Assembly (NCBI RefSeq): GCF_018350175.1
Contig: NC_058368.1
Coordinates: 59,026,001-59,090,000, forward strand
Source: Felis catus
Taxonomy: Eukaryota
Length of the DNA stretch: 64,000 bases
Direction of reading: 5' to 3'
Made by a program: the position numbers and the translations under genes. Shown one piece after another: positions 39,689-51,000 of this stretch; position 1 is the first letter of the stretch, and every line of letters begins with the position of its first letter. A model generated the notes under the pieces. It ran no database searches and had not been told where the DNA came from. It saw nothing but the letters and a program-made list of their open reading frames with translations.

Positions 39689-40365
39689 AATTGGTGCAGC
39701 CGCTCTGGAAAGCAGTGTGGAGGTTCCTCAGAAAATTAAAAATAGACCTACCCTATGACCCAGCAATAGCACTGCTAGGAATTTATCCAAGGGATACAGG
39801 AGTACTGATGCATAGGGCCACTTGTACCCCAATGTTCATAGCAGCACTCTCAACAATAGCCAAATTATGGAAAGAGCCTAAATGTCCATCAACTGATGAA
39901 TGGATAAAGAAATTGTGGTTTATATACACAATGGAATATTACGTGGCAATGAGAAAAAATGAAATATGGCCTTTTGTAGCAACGTGGATGGAACTGGAGA
40001 GTGTGATGCTAAGTGAAATAAGCCATACAGAGAAAGACAGATACCATATGGTTTCACTCTTATGTGGACCCTGAGAATTTAACAGGAACCCATGGGGGAG
40101 GGGAAGGAAAAAAAAAAAAAAACAGGTTAGAGTGGGAGAGAGCCAAAGTATAAGAGACTCTTAAAAACTGAGAACAAACTGAGGGTTGATGGGGGGTGGG
40201 AGGGAGGAGAGGGTGGGTGATGGGTATTGAGGAGGGCACCTTTTGGGATGAGCACTGGGTGTTGTATGGAAACTAATTTGTCAATAAATTTCATATTAAA
40301 AAAAAAAAAAAAAAAAAAAAAAGAAAACAAAAAATGACAGAAACATTAAAAAAAAAAAAAAAAAA
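39689..40365 (+). mobile_element. Very young 5'-truncated felid L1 with two poly(A) tracts
   Basis: Open ORF2 C-terminus (KLVQPLWK...DRYHMVSLLCGP*), 3' UTR, AATAAA at 40283; perfect 17-bp TSD agaaatattgcagaata at 39672-39688 and 40366-40382. Confidence 0.98.
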
Positions 40366-40849
40366 AGAAATATTGCAGAATATAAATAAAGGTGTTAATT
40401 TATCCCTGAATTCTATAATTTACAGGAGTGATGATTCAAATTCTGCTAACTTAATCATGCTATCACAAGAAAAAATGACTTATATATCTTGAGGGAATAA
40501 AGAAAATGTCAAAAATCAATTATGTTGCCCAACTTCTCAAAATCCCATTCTTCACATAGTACATACCCATGTAGATGAATATCTTAGTTCTAGATTGATT
40601 CAAGTTATAATGATGAAATATTATGAAAACTCTGATTCAAATCGTGTTTTCTTCTGGGCTCCATGTGTAGATTTCACGTGTGTCACCCACAAACAGAATG
40701 TATGTTACAACAGCCCCACTTCATGTCCAGAGACATTTTTTTCTTGGAGCTTTATTTTTTCCACTATTTTTTTTCCCAAAAGAAAAAAAAAAGATGTGAA
40801 TTGGCTTCCCTAATCTTGGGAAACAAGAGTCCGTTAAAAGTATGAAGTA

Positions 40850-41058
40850 GGGGAGCCTAGATGACTCAGGCAGTTAAGTGTCCAAGTCTTGATCTCAGTT
40901 CAAATCATGATCTCATGGTTCATGAGATGGAGCCCTACATTGAGCTCTGTGCTGCTGATTCTCTTCCTCCCTCCTTCTCTCTCTCTCTGCCCTTCCCCAA
41001 AGCATGCTTTCTCTCTCTCTCTCTCTCTCTCTGAAAATAAATAAATCAACATGAAAAA
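40850..41058 (+). mobile_element. CAN-SINE (older, diverged)
   Basis: ggggagcctagatgactcaggcagttaagtgtcc...(CT)n...aaataaataaa. Confidence 0.92.
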
Positions 41059-41079
41059 ATTATTTTTTATTTATTTATT

Positions 41080-41126
<47 letters not shown>

Positions 41127-41297
41127 ACACAAGCTGGGGAGAGGCAGAGAGAGAGGGAGACACAGATTCTGAAACAGGCTCCAGGCTCTGAGCTGTCAGC
41201 ACAGAACCTGACATGGGGCTGGACTCACTGACCCACAGACCGTGAGATCATGACCTGAGCCGAAGTCATACACTCAATCGAGTCACTCAAGTGCCCC
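41059..41297 (-). mobile_element. CAN-SINE, tail-to-tail with the previous one
   Basis: gaaacaggctccaggctctgagctgtcagcacag...gacctgagccgaagtc...gtgcccc. Confidence 0.95.
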
Positions 41298-42291
41298 CAT
41301 AATATGTAACTTTTTATATACTTGGTAAATACTCTTATATTGTTGAAAAGTTCAAGAAGTGAACGCACTCATCTATTTTAATGGAATTCATATTGCCAGT
41401 TTTTAATAGTGTGTAAGTTTAAAGAATCATTTGATCTATTTCTACATAGTTTTTAGTGGCTCATGTTTCCTGATATCTTCTGATTACTATTAGAAAGATA
41501 TATATAAAATAAGTGTGAAAATTAGGAAAAACATTCCATGTGCCATTGCCAAGTATTGTCACTGAACTGTAACAGATTGCAAAATATCTCCTACATAGAC
41601 CTCTCGAATGTCAATAAAACAGATTTCTTGTAAGTGATTTATGGCTCATGAGAAATGATTACCCATACAGCAAAGGATATTTAAAATCTAAAATTGTGTT
41701 AAGCTGATGGTTCAGAGAATAACTATTACACAGAATCTGTCTATTCTCTCATGTATCTTTTTGTCCACTCTTCCAAACTTAGTGTCTCATTTGAATAATG
41801 ATGACACTAAATTTCTAATTTGACATTTAAACCAAAAGAATACAAACATAACAAATCATAATATTACATTATTGATTTTATTATCAAAGTATAGCTTTCA
41901 CACCTCTTGAAATTTACAAAGTAATTTTAGAAAACTGTAGAGCCTAATAATTCTTTGAAAGAAATAGTGATTTCTCTAAGACCTAAGTCAGTATGAATAC
42001 ATGAGGAATTTGTTAACTAAATTATTTTTAAGTCTCTATCATATAATATAGTCTCTCTCTATATATAGATATATAGATAGATAGATATGCACTAAATCCC
42101 AAATAATTGAGGATAGTCCTTACAGGTGTGGGTAATAAGGTACAAGGATATGAGGCAGAGTTCTGATATAAAACTAGACAATAAACTGGAATAGACAGAG
42201 AGAGAGAGAGAGAGAGAGAGAAATAGATAAGAAACAAGCACTCAATGCATATGTGCTGAAAAAAAATGATTAATTCAGAGAATGAAGAAAT

Positions 42292-42481
42292 GTTATTACA
42301 TATATATTACATATATATGTAATATATATACATATATATACACATATATATTATATACATATATTATATATATATAATATATATATATAATATATGTATA
42401 TAATATATATATATTATATATATATTATATATATATAATATATATATAATATATATATATTATATATATATATATATTATA

Positions 42482-42527
<46 letters not shown>
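42292..42527. repeat. Long imperfect (TA)n tract
   Basis: About 235 bp, almost entirely A/T alternation. Confidence 0.97.
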
Positions 42528-42529
<2 letters not shown>

Positions 42530-42971
42530 ACTGCCTCTGACATATGTTTTCCATACAGAAGATTTTGGTCAAAGGTAATGATGGACACACTTAGAAGTTG
42601 ACTATTTACCAGAGTAGATCCACTCTAAATGGAATAGTATACACATAGTTTTTCAATCATCCTCTATAAGCACTGGAAAATACAGTTAACTGAGAGAACT
42701 GCAAAAATTTCCGCATTTACCTTCACTTTTAAAATATTTCCAATATCAAGGTTTGCTTTTAAAATAATTAAAATTCCAGGTTTTAATATAATAAACACTA
42801 TAATTTACATCTAGGTAGTAATTTAGATTATACAAATAATTTCGATAGAAAACTTAAAAATCTATTTCAAATATATATTCAATAAATTAGTCTTGCTTAC
42901 TCTTCAATATTAATCTAATTTAGTCTTGTTATTACTTACTACTAAAGTTAACTCGGTTTGTTTTTATTACT

Positions 42972-44232
42972 CTTTTTAAAGTTCTTATTTAACTTCCAGT
43001 TAATTAACATACACTGTAATATTAGTTTCAGGTGTACAATAGAGTGATTCAGCCCTTCCATACAACCCCTGGTGCTCATCACAAGTGCACTCCTTAATCT
43101 TCATTACCCATTTAACCCATGCCTGCACCCACCTCTCCTATGGTAACCATCAGTTTGTTCTCTATAGTTAAGAGTATATCTTGGTTTGTCTCTCTCTGTC
43201 TTTATCCATTCATTCATTGATTGACACTTGGGTCACTTCCATATTTTGGCTATTGTAAATAATGCTGCATTAAACATAGGGGCTCATATGTCTTTTTAGC
43301 TAAGTGTTTTCACATTCTTTGGGTAAATACCCAAAAATCACGGGATCACAGGATAGTTCTATTTAATTTTTTGAGGAAACTCCATACTGTCTTTTACAGT
43401 AGCTGCACCAGTGTGCATTCCCACCAACAGTGCAGGAGGGTTCCCTTTCTCCACAAACTCGCCAACACATGTTGTTTCTTGTGTTTTTAATTAGAGCCAT
43501 TCTGAGAAGCGTGAGGTGATACCTCATTGTGGGTTTGATTTGCATTCCTTGTTGATGAGTGCTATTGGACATCTTTTCATGTATCTGTTGACCATCTATA
43601 TGACTTCTTTGGAAAACTGCCTATTCATGTCTTCTGCCCATTTTTAAATTGGATTATTTGGTTTTGAGTATTGAGTTATATAAATTCTTTATACATTTTG
43701 GTATTAACCCTTTATTGGATATGTCATTTGAAAATATCTTTTGATATGGGTTAACCCTAACCGAACTATCTTTTGATGATGGGTTAACCCTAACCCAACT
43801 CCAACTTCGTAGGTAATCTTTCAGTTTTATTGGTTGTTTCCTTTGCTGTGCGAAATCTTTTCATTTTGATATAGTCCCAAAAGTTTATTTTTGCTTTTCT
43901 TTCCCTTGCCTCAGGAGACAAATCTAGAAATATATTACTACAGCTGATATGAAAGAGGTTGAAGTCTAGAATTAGACTCCAACTCTAGTTTTGTTCTTTT
44001 TCAGGATTGTTTTGGTTATTCAGGATCTTTTGTGTTTCCATAGAAATTTTAGGATTGTTTGTTCTAGTTCTGTGAAAAATATTATTGGTATTTTGATAAA
44101 GATTTCATTAAATGTGTAGATTGCTTTGGACAGTATAGACGTTTTAAATATTTGTTCTTTCAATCCCTGAGCATGGAATATCTTCCCATTTGTTTGTGTC
44201 ATGTTCAATTTCTTTCATCAATGTTTTGTAGA
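42972..44232 (-). mobile_element. 5'-truncated carnivore L1 with internal deletions and a small insertion
   Basis: 3' UTR like the one at 8690; ORFs 43363-43572 (MQIKPTMRYHLT) and 44020-44208 ([23 protein letters not shown]). Confidence 0.92.
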
Positions 44233-44339
44233 ATACATATTATTTTTAAGAGTCTACAAAGCATTTTGAAAAATTATCCAATTACTGGCAATAGAGCAAG
44301 ATCAAAATGCAAAGAATTGTTATAGATTGCAGTCCAACT

Positions 44340-44920
44340 TGAAATAATAAAAAATAGAAACATTTTGAACTATATAAATGAAAATAAAGCAACTAAAATG
44401 TGTGGGATATGGGATGCAATTAAAGTCATCTTGCTTTAATCTGTAGCTTTAATTGAATTTATTATAATTTAAAGTATTTAAAATCAGTAAGCATCCATCT
44501 CAAGAATTATGGGGAAAAACAAATTAAACACAAATATGTTAGGAAGAAGATAGAGAATAAAATTAGTAAAAAAATGAATTTAGTATAGAGGAATAAAAAA
44601 TTAATTTGTTATTTGAAAAGTATTAAAATTGACACTCACCCAGGATTCTTAAGTAAAAATGAAGGCATGAATTACAGGTACAAAAATATGGTAAACTCTA
44701 AAGATGCTAAAGAATGTTGTGATATTTAATAAGTTTATGAAGAAAAACTGTTTTAACAAAATAATGTTTTATATAGCAATTTAGAGTATCAAAACTAGAA
44801 CATTTCATAATTTGAAGTGTCAGCATTGACATTTAATCATCAGATATCTTATGATTAATGGTTGGGATAAAATTGACACAATTTCTTAGAGAAACAAATC
44901 GTCTTGAACTTAATCTTGCA
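44340..44920 (+). mobile_element. Ancient L1M ORF2 fragment
   Basis: tgtgggatatgggatgcaattaaag...aagcatccatctcaagaa...ttatttgaaaagtattaaaattgaca. Confidence 0.6.
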
Positions 44921-45236
44921 CATGTACTAGGATATCTCTAAAGACATTTGTTAGACATTATTTTTATTTTTAATAAAAAAATAAAATAAAAAGAAAACTG
45001 GAATATATATTAATAGGACAGGAATATGTGATGACACTATATATTAACTAAATAAAAAATTATGCAGAGAGAACAGTGAATGAACACCAGAATCATGTAT
45101 TTATCAAGATGAGTTTTTAAAAGTCATTATTATTATATGGAGTGACAGTGGTGACACATTTTTATGTATGCTGAAGGGTAGAATTATAAGTTATAATTAA
45201 AACAAAGAAAATAAAATAATTTAAAAAAGTAAGTGT

Positions 45237-45239
<3 letters not shown>

Positions 45240-45282
<43 letters not shown>
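45240..45282. repeat. (TG)n microsatellite
   Basis: About 21 units. Confidence 0.97.
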
Positions 45283-45284
<2 letters not shown>

Positions 45285-46651
45285 GTGTATGTTTTGCTGG
45301 GAGAAAGAGAACTAATTAGAAAGAGATTCAAAGCTGGTAAAGTTTTATTTCTTAGCTTGGGCAATGAGTGTGTAGACATTTGTACTCTGTTTTCCTGACA
45401 TATCACAAGTTTTTATGTATATTTCATATTAAACCTAGAGTGAACCTCATGAAAAATGGCTGGTTCTTCAGTTGTAGTCTGTGAGGTGCTGTGGCCTGCA
45501 GCAGTTACACCCTATCTTGGGGTGGTCTCCATTCCATCTTCTATTGGGCACTGGGTCAGTTTCCCCCTTCTGTCCCTTCTAAGGAGAGATGAGCTTTCTC
45601 CTAGTAGTGATCATTTAAAACATCCAAACAAAGAAGAAAATCTCTGAATTGCTTCTTCACTACAAACTCAAAAAAATGCAGAAGGAGCACTAGGAAGTGG
45701 GAATCTGATACAAGCTGTTGTGTTGGGGAAGAGAGGGGTTCCCAGCAAATGGATCGCAGTTAAGTCTTGGATTTCTTCAATTAGAGTATTACAGAATTCT
45801 GTCTTGAAACTCTTCCAAAACGTGAATGTCATTTGGCAGACAATAATGTTAAAAGACAATCAAATGTTCTGCTCTAGAGTGTATTGACTGTTTGTCAACT
45901 TTGGTTCATCAGCTTGATGATTAAATTTATTTTCAATCTAATATTGGTGTACAGTTTCCCACAAATTTTGCATCTGTGGTAAGAACTATTCTAAAGTATC
46001 TTCTCAAGGTTTTTAACCCATATTTATCTGTGGTGCAACTGCAGGAGGAGACTCTGCTCAACTCTTTCTTTAAGAATTTTTTTTTTCTTTGTGATTGGCA
46101 TGGTTGACACCTCTTCAAGGAATTGTAATGAGAAGCTTGGATGAAAAGACAGATAAACACTTCTTCTAGAACACAGCTACACTCTTGTTTCACTTACTGC
46201 TAGACCTTTCTCATTGCTATCTGTTATAGAATAGTGGCATTACCTTTGAGAAAACAGGATAAAAAGATACACAATGTCTGTGTCTACTGCTAAAATGGTT
46301 CCAAAGGTAAGCTTCAGAGTAAGCACCTAAGAATACACCCAATTTGTGTAACCCTTCCCCCTCTTGAAATTACTCTTGATTTTAATATGTGAGGACTAAT
46401 CTGTAGTTTACTAGTTGTTGTTTTTTCTTTTGCTGAAGAAAAATATCTTTTCAGGTAGTGTTAAGGAATATTTAAAATTACCACAAATTATTAACGTTTC
46501 TAAAAAAATTTTCTAAAAAATATGTCTTATTTCACTTTTATGAATAAAAGTATTTTCAAGTTTCTATAACATTTAGAACATTTGTATCACCTTGAATAAA
46601 CCTTTTTTTTCAAGTTCATTTGCCAGTGTTTTATTTTTGCCAGTGTTTTAT

Positions 46652-46851
46652 ATTTATTTATTTTTAAAGGTTATTTATTTATTTTGAGAGAGAGAGGGAG
46701 AGAGAAAGGGGCAGGGAGAGAGAGAATATCAAGAAGGCTTTGGGCAGTCAGCATGGAGCCTAACACAGGACTCAATCCCACAAACCTCAATATCATAATC
46801 TGAGCTGAAATTGAGTTGGAGACTGAACCAACTGAGCCACCCAGGCACCCC
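46652..46851 (-). mobile_element. CAN-SINE (older)
   Basis: Head ends actgagccacccaggcacccc; TSD tgccagtgttttat. Confidence 0.94.
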
Positions 46852-47100
46852 TGCCAGTGTTTTATAAATTAAAAAAAATAAGTGTATATATTTTTACATC
46901 TACGACTTTTATTCAAATCATCATGCAGCATTTTTTTATGGAAGCAACTGATATTTTTTTCTAAAATGTCCTTTAAAATTTTTAAACTTTATTTGGGATT
47001 TTATTAACAAATACATTGATATAAATTATCTAAATTGTGTATGGATCAGAAATAATTTTGTAAGGTTTTTATGGATGATTTTGTAGGTTTTTATTTTTAA

Positions 47101-47314
47101 ATGAAAAAAAATAATGTTTATTTATTTTTGAGAGAGAGAAAGAGAGAGAGCATGAGTGGGGTAAGGGCAGAGAGAGAGAGAGACATAATATGAAGCAGAC
47201 TCCAGGACTGAGCTATCAGCACAGAGCCCAACGTAAGGCTCGAACCCACAAACTATGAGATCATGACCTGAGCAAAAGTCGGTCGCTCAACTGCCTGAGC
47301 TACCCAGGTGTCCC
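47101..47314 (-). mobile_element. CAN-SINE
   Basis: Flanking repeat ttgtag(g/a)tttttatttttaa at 47081-47100 and 47315-47334. Confidence 0.95.
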
Positions 47315-47345
47315 TTGTAGATTTTTATTTTTAAAAGCTTTATCT

Positions 47346-47567
47346 GGGGCGCCTGGGTGGCGCAGTCGGTTAAGCGTCCGACTTCAGCCAGGTCACGATC
47401 TGGCAGTCCGTGAGTTCGAGCCCCGCATCAGGCTCTGGGCTGATGGCTCAGAGCCTGGAGCCTGTTTCTGATTCTGTGTCTCCCTCTCTCTCTGCCCCTC
47501 CCCCGTTCATGCTCTGTCTCTCTCTGTCCCAAAAATAAATAAACGTTGAAAAAAAAATTAAAAAAAA
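47346..47567 (+). mobile_element. Young SINEC_Fc
   Basis: Young-subfamily head; perfect TSD aaaagctttatct at 47333-47345 and 47568-47580. Confidence 0.99.
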
Positions 47568-49304
47568 AAAAGCTTTATCTATTCATGTTAACACATGTAG
47601 TTTCTGGTTAAGGAAAAAAATTCTCCCCCCAAGTTATGAAAAACTAGGTCTCAAAACCACCTTTGTATATGTTGGGCTTTTTGTTTCTTTAGATGTTTTG
47701 AAGGTTTGTATTGGGAATAAAGTTCTTAGTATTTTAATTAATTTGTACAGTTTACTTAAAACATTACTTCTATATTAGTTTTTTTTATTATGACTTGAGT
47801 GTTAGCAAAGAGTACTGTTAAAATGGATGAGCTTTATCTAAATAAATATAACTAAAGTAAACTTGAGGACACAATGAAGACCATGAAAGTGAGCAAAATT
47901 TAAAACAAACAATACTAGATATAAAAATAAAATAAATGTGTATTAATCATCAGTATATATGTCTGCTTATTAGAAAATATTTTTATTGCTCATTTTAAAC
48001 ATTCTAATATTAAAAGAGTAAATCTATGCATATTGGACACAAAATAAAATTAATTAAATCTGTATTGCATAGAATTTCAAAGTCATATGAGCTATATTTA
48101 AAACATATTGGTAGGTTTTCACATATATCTGATATGTGAAATGAAATTGTTTACCTTTTTCAGTGAAATCTTCAGATTCCTGAATTTAATAAAAATTCCT
48201 GAAGAGGGAGATATTTACTCTCAAATGAAAAATATGTTTTAATGTGAATGAATTGAATTCCATAAACCAAAGATAAAAGCTTTATATATCATCTTCAACA
48301 TATGGGAATTATAGATGGTAAATCTCTATTGTGGTTAAAATTTTATCTTACTCTATGACATATTACAGATACTTTTCCATATGTAAATTTTTATACCAAT
48401 TGATTTTCCATAATTGAAATAAGTTCCCTAAAACCTTATCCTATAGTAATTTTAAATTAATCATCCATGATTTCTAAGTATACACCTATAAATAGAAATA
48501 CATCAGCTTTTATTTTCTAATAAATAAAACTTTCTAAAAATATATTTTAATAGTTTTGAAAATAATAATTCATAATAAGTTAAGGCAATAAATAATATTC
48601 CATTATCTTTTCTGATGTGAGGCAGGGAATGACAATAGATATAACACTACGTATTGCTATATTTAATTATAAAAATATTATCACAGCAAAGCACATTTGT
48701 CATTTACCCAGCTAACTAGCCCATGAGGCTTATTATTGGATCTTGCAGGGAGAACACAAACAAAACCCTATGTTTGGTTTTTCCTTCAGTTATCTTGACA
48801 TGAAATCTCTACTTCTGCATGCCCAGATTCAATTTCTTGTCTACTAGTAAGTACAAACTATTTGAAAAGCCAGTGCTAATTTACATATCATTTGCATCAG
48901 TGTATTCTTCTGCCAAATCTTTTTACTTTCCTGAAGCAATATGGACATGTGCCCTATCTTTTGCACCAGCTCTATTTCAATTTCTAGAAATTACTATAAG
49001 GAGTAAGTGGGTGCCTAGTTACCAGTGATTTTTACATTGTTTGCATCAACTTTTCCCTCAGCTTCCTATTTACATAACTTCAGAACTGCAGGAAAATTAT
49101 GGGCTGAAATATCAAAGTCAGAACTGTTGAAAAACAGATAAAAATATTTTTGGAGAAATATCAAAACTAAGCTGATGGTAAACTTAACCTTTCCCTTAAA
49201 AAAAGTGTTTTAAGCACTGTAAATTATTGTCAGCAGCTGGAAAAGTGACATCTGCACCAAATTAAGTGCTAATTGTTTTCTAGAATTTAATGCTTTCGTA
49301 AAAA

Positions 49305-49506
49305 AGTTTTTTAACGTTTATTTTTGAGAGAGAGAGGGAGAGAGAGAGCGAGCAGAGGAGGGGTGGAGAGAGAGGGAGACAGAGGATCCAAAGTAGGCTC
49401 TGTGCTGACAGCAGAGAGCTCGATGCAGGGCTGGAATTCATGAACCCTGAGATCATGACCTGAGCCCAGGTTGGACATTTAACCTACTGAACCACTCAGG
49501 TGCCCC
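49305..49506 (-). mobile_element. CAN-SINE
   Basis: ggctctgtgctgacagcagagag...gagatcatgacctgagcc...tcaggtgcccc. Confidence 0.94.
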
Positions 49507-50849
49507 TAGAAAATTTATTGTTCAGTATACGGTACTGATTTATATATGTCCCCCAAATGGATTGTCTTTGAAGAAAGTTTATGCACAGGGTAAAAAGGAA
49601 TCATATGAATAAAGTTGCCAATAGGCCTATCTTAATAGTTAACTTTTGAATTGGATTGACCCAAATCTACCTAATGACTCTGGTCTAGTGAAAATTGTGA
49701 AAAAATAGCAATTCTAAATGTTTGCCTCCATCTTCTTTTTGTGTCATTTTTTTTTACATTTTTATTTCACAATCTACAGAACAATGTCTTATCTTTATCC
49801 GAAATCATCTTAAATATTCTTCCGTGCTTCCTTTGTGTATTTTATTTTCTCTAATTAGTTGTTACTTTTCCAAAAAAGGTTAAGATCCCTCCTTATTACT
49901 CACTTTGTACTCAGTGTTTTCAGATATAATCAAAGAGTAGTTTTACATTTCCAATTTGGTATCTACATCTATTAGAGAATATGCATTATAAAAGTATGTG
50001 AAAATAATTCTTAGAAAGGAAATGCAAAAGAAGAAAGAGTTAATTGTCTTTAAAGTGAAAATATCACTCCTCTCATAAAAAAGTCATTTTAGGGCTCTCA
50101 AGTATATTTAAATTAAGTTAAAACACTTTAGAATAACAGTAAATAATTTCATCACCTTGTCACTAGCTCTTAATCTTTACTGAGTATTTCATTACTTTGA
50201 CACCCATAATACTTGAAGATCCAGTTTTGCCTTATCAGTGCCTTCATGTTTCACACCCTGTCTGGCATATCACTCTGCCTTTGCAGTTGTGTTTATTGCC
50301 TGGAATTGACTGACACCAGGGATTTTTTTTTTCTTTTTGAGGAAACATTTATTCATCATATAAAACTTCTATCTTGGGTCTTAAACTCCTGGAAGCTTTC
50401 CTTTTCTTTCTCACTCTGTCTAAATTCCCATATGGTGTTTGCAGTGCATTTTACTTATTATTATCAGAGAACTACAATGTATTTATTATATTAAGACATG
50501 TTTTCCACTAGGTTGTCAGTACATAGGGCCACTGCCTCTTTGTATTTATTGTATTTTAAAATCTGCACATAGTGTTCACCCAATAAGTAGTTATTTATTA
50601 TCTGAGCTTATGCTAAATTCCTTTGCCTCTCATGTTCTTCCAAATTAAAATAGGTACACATATGATACTTTATCATTTATATTTATTTATTCTTCAAGTG
50701 CATATTCACATTTCCCTTCATCACTGAACACTTCAAGGCACTATTCCAGTCTTCCTTGACGTTTCTCTACTATATTCTTAGATGTATCTATTTCAAACAT
50801 TCTAATGCTTAGAATTTATATATTGTCTTGTGCTGCTTCGTGACTCACA

Positions 50850-51000
50850 TTGTCCTTATTATTAGATTTAAGTTCTTTAAATCAGGGACAAAGTATTATG
50901 CTTTTTATGAGTCTCTAATGGTTTCTAGGTCAAGACTAGACTCAAAATATGTGCTCAATAAATATTGATGGCTTTATTAAAATGGTCAGAGAGAATGAAT
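50850..51000 (+). mobile_element. L2 3' end relic
   Basis: tagatttaagttctttaaatcagggac...gtgctcaataaatattgatg...gaatgaat. Confidence 0.6.

Noticed and set aside
39679..40074. Intact 131-aa ORF as a functional gene
   Set aside because: C-terminus of L1 ORF2 in a 5'-truncated copy; the start is a TTG within the TSD and there is no promoter
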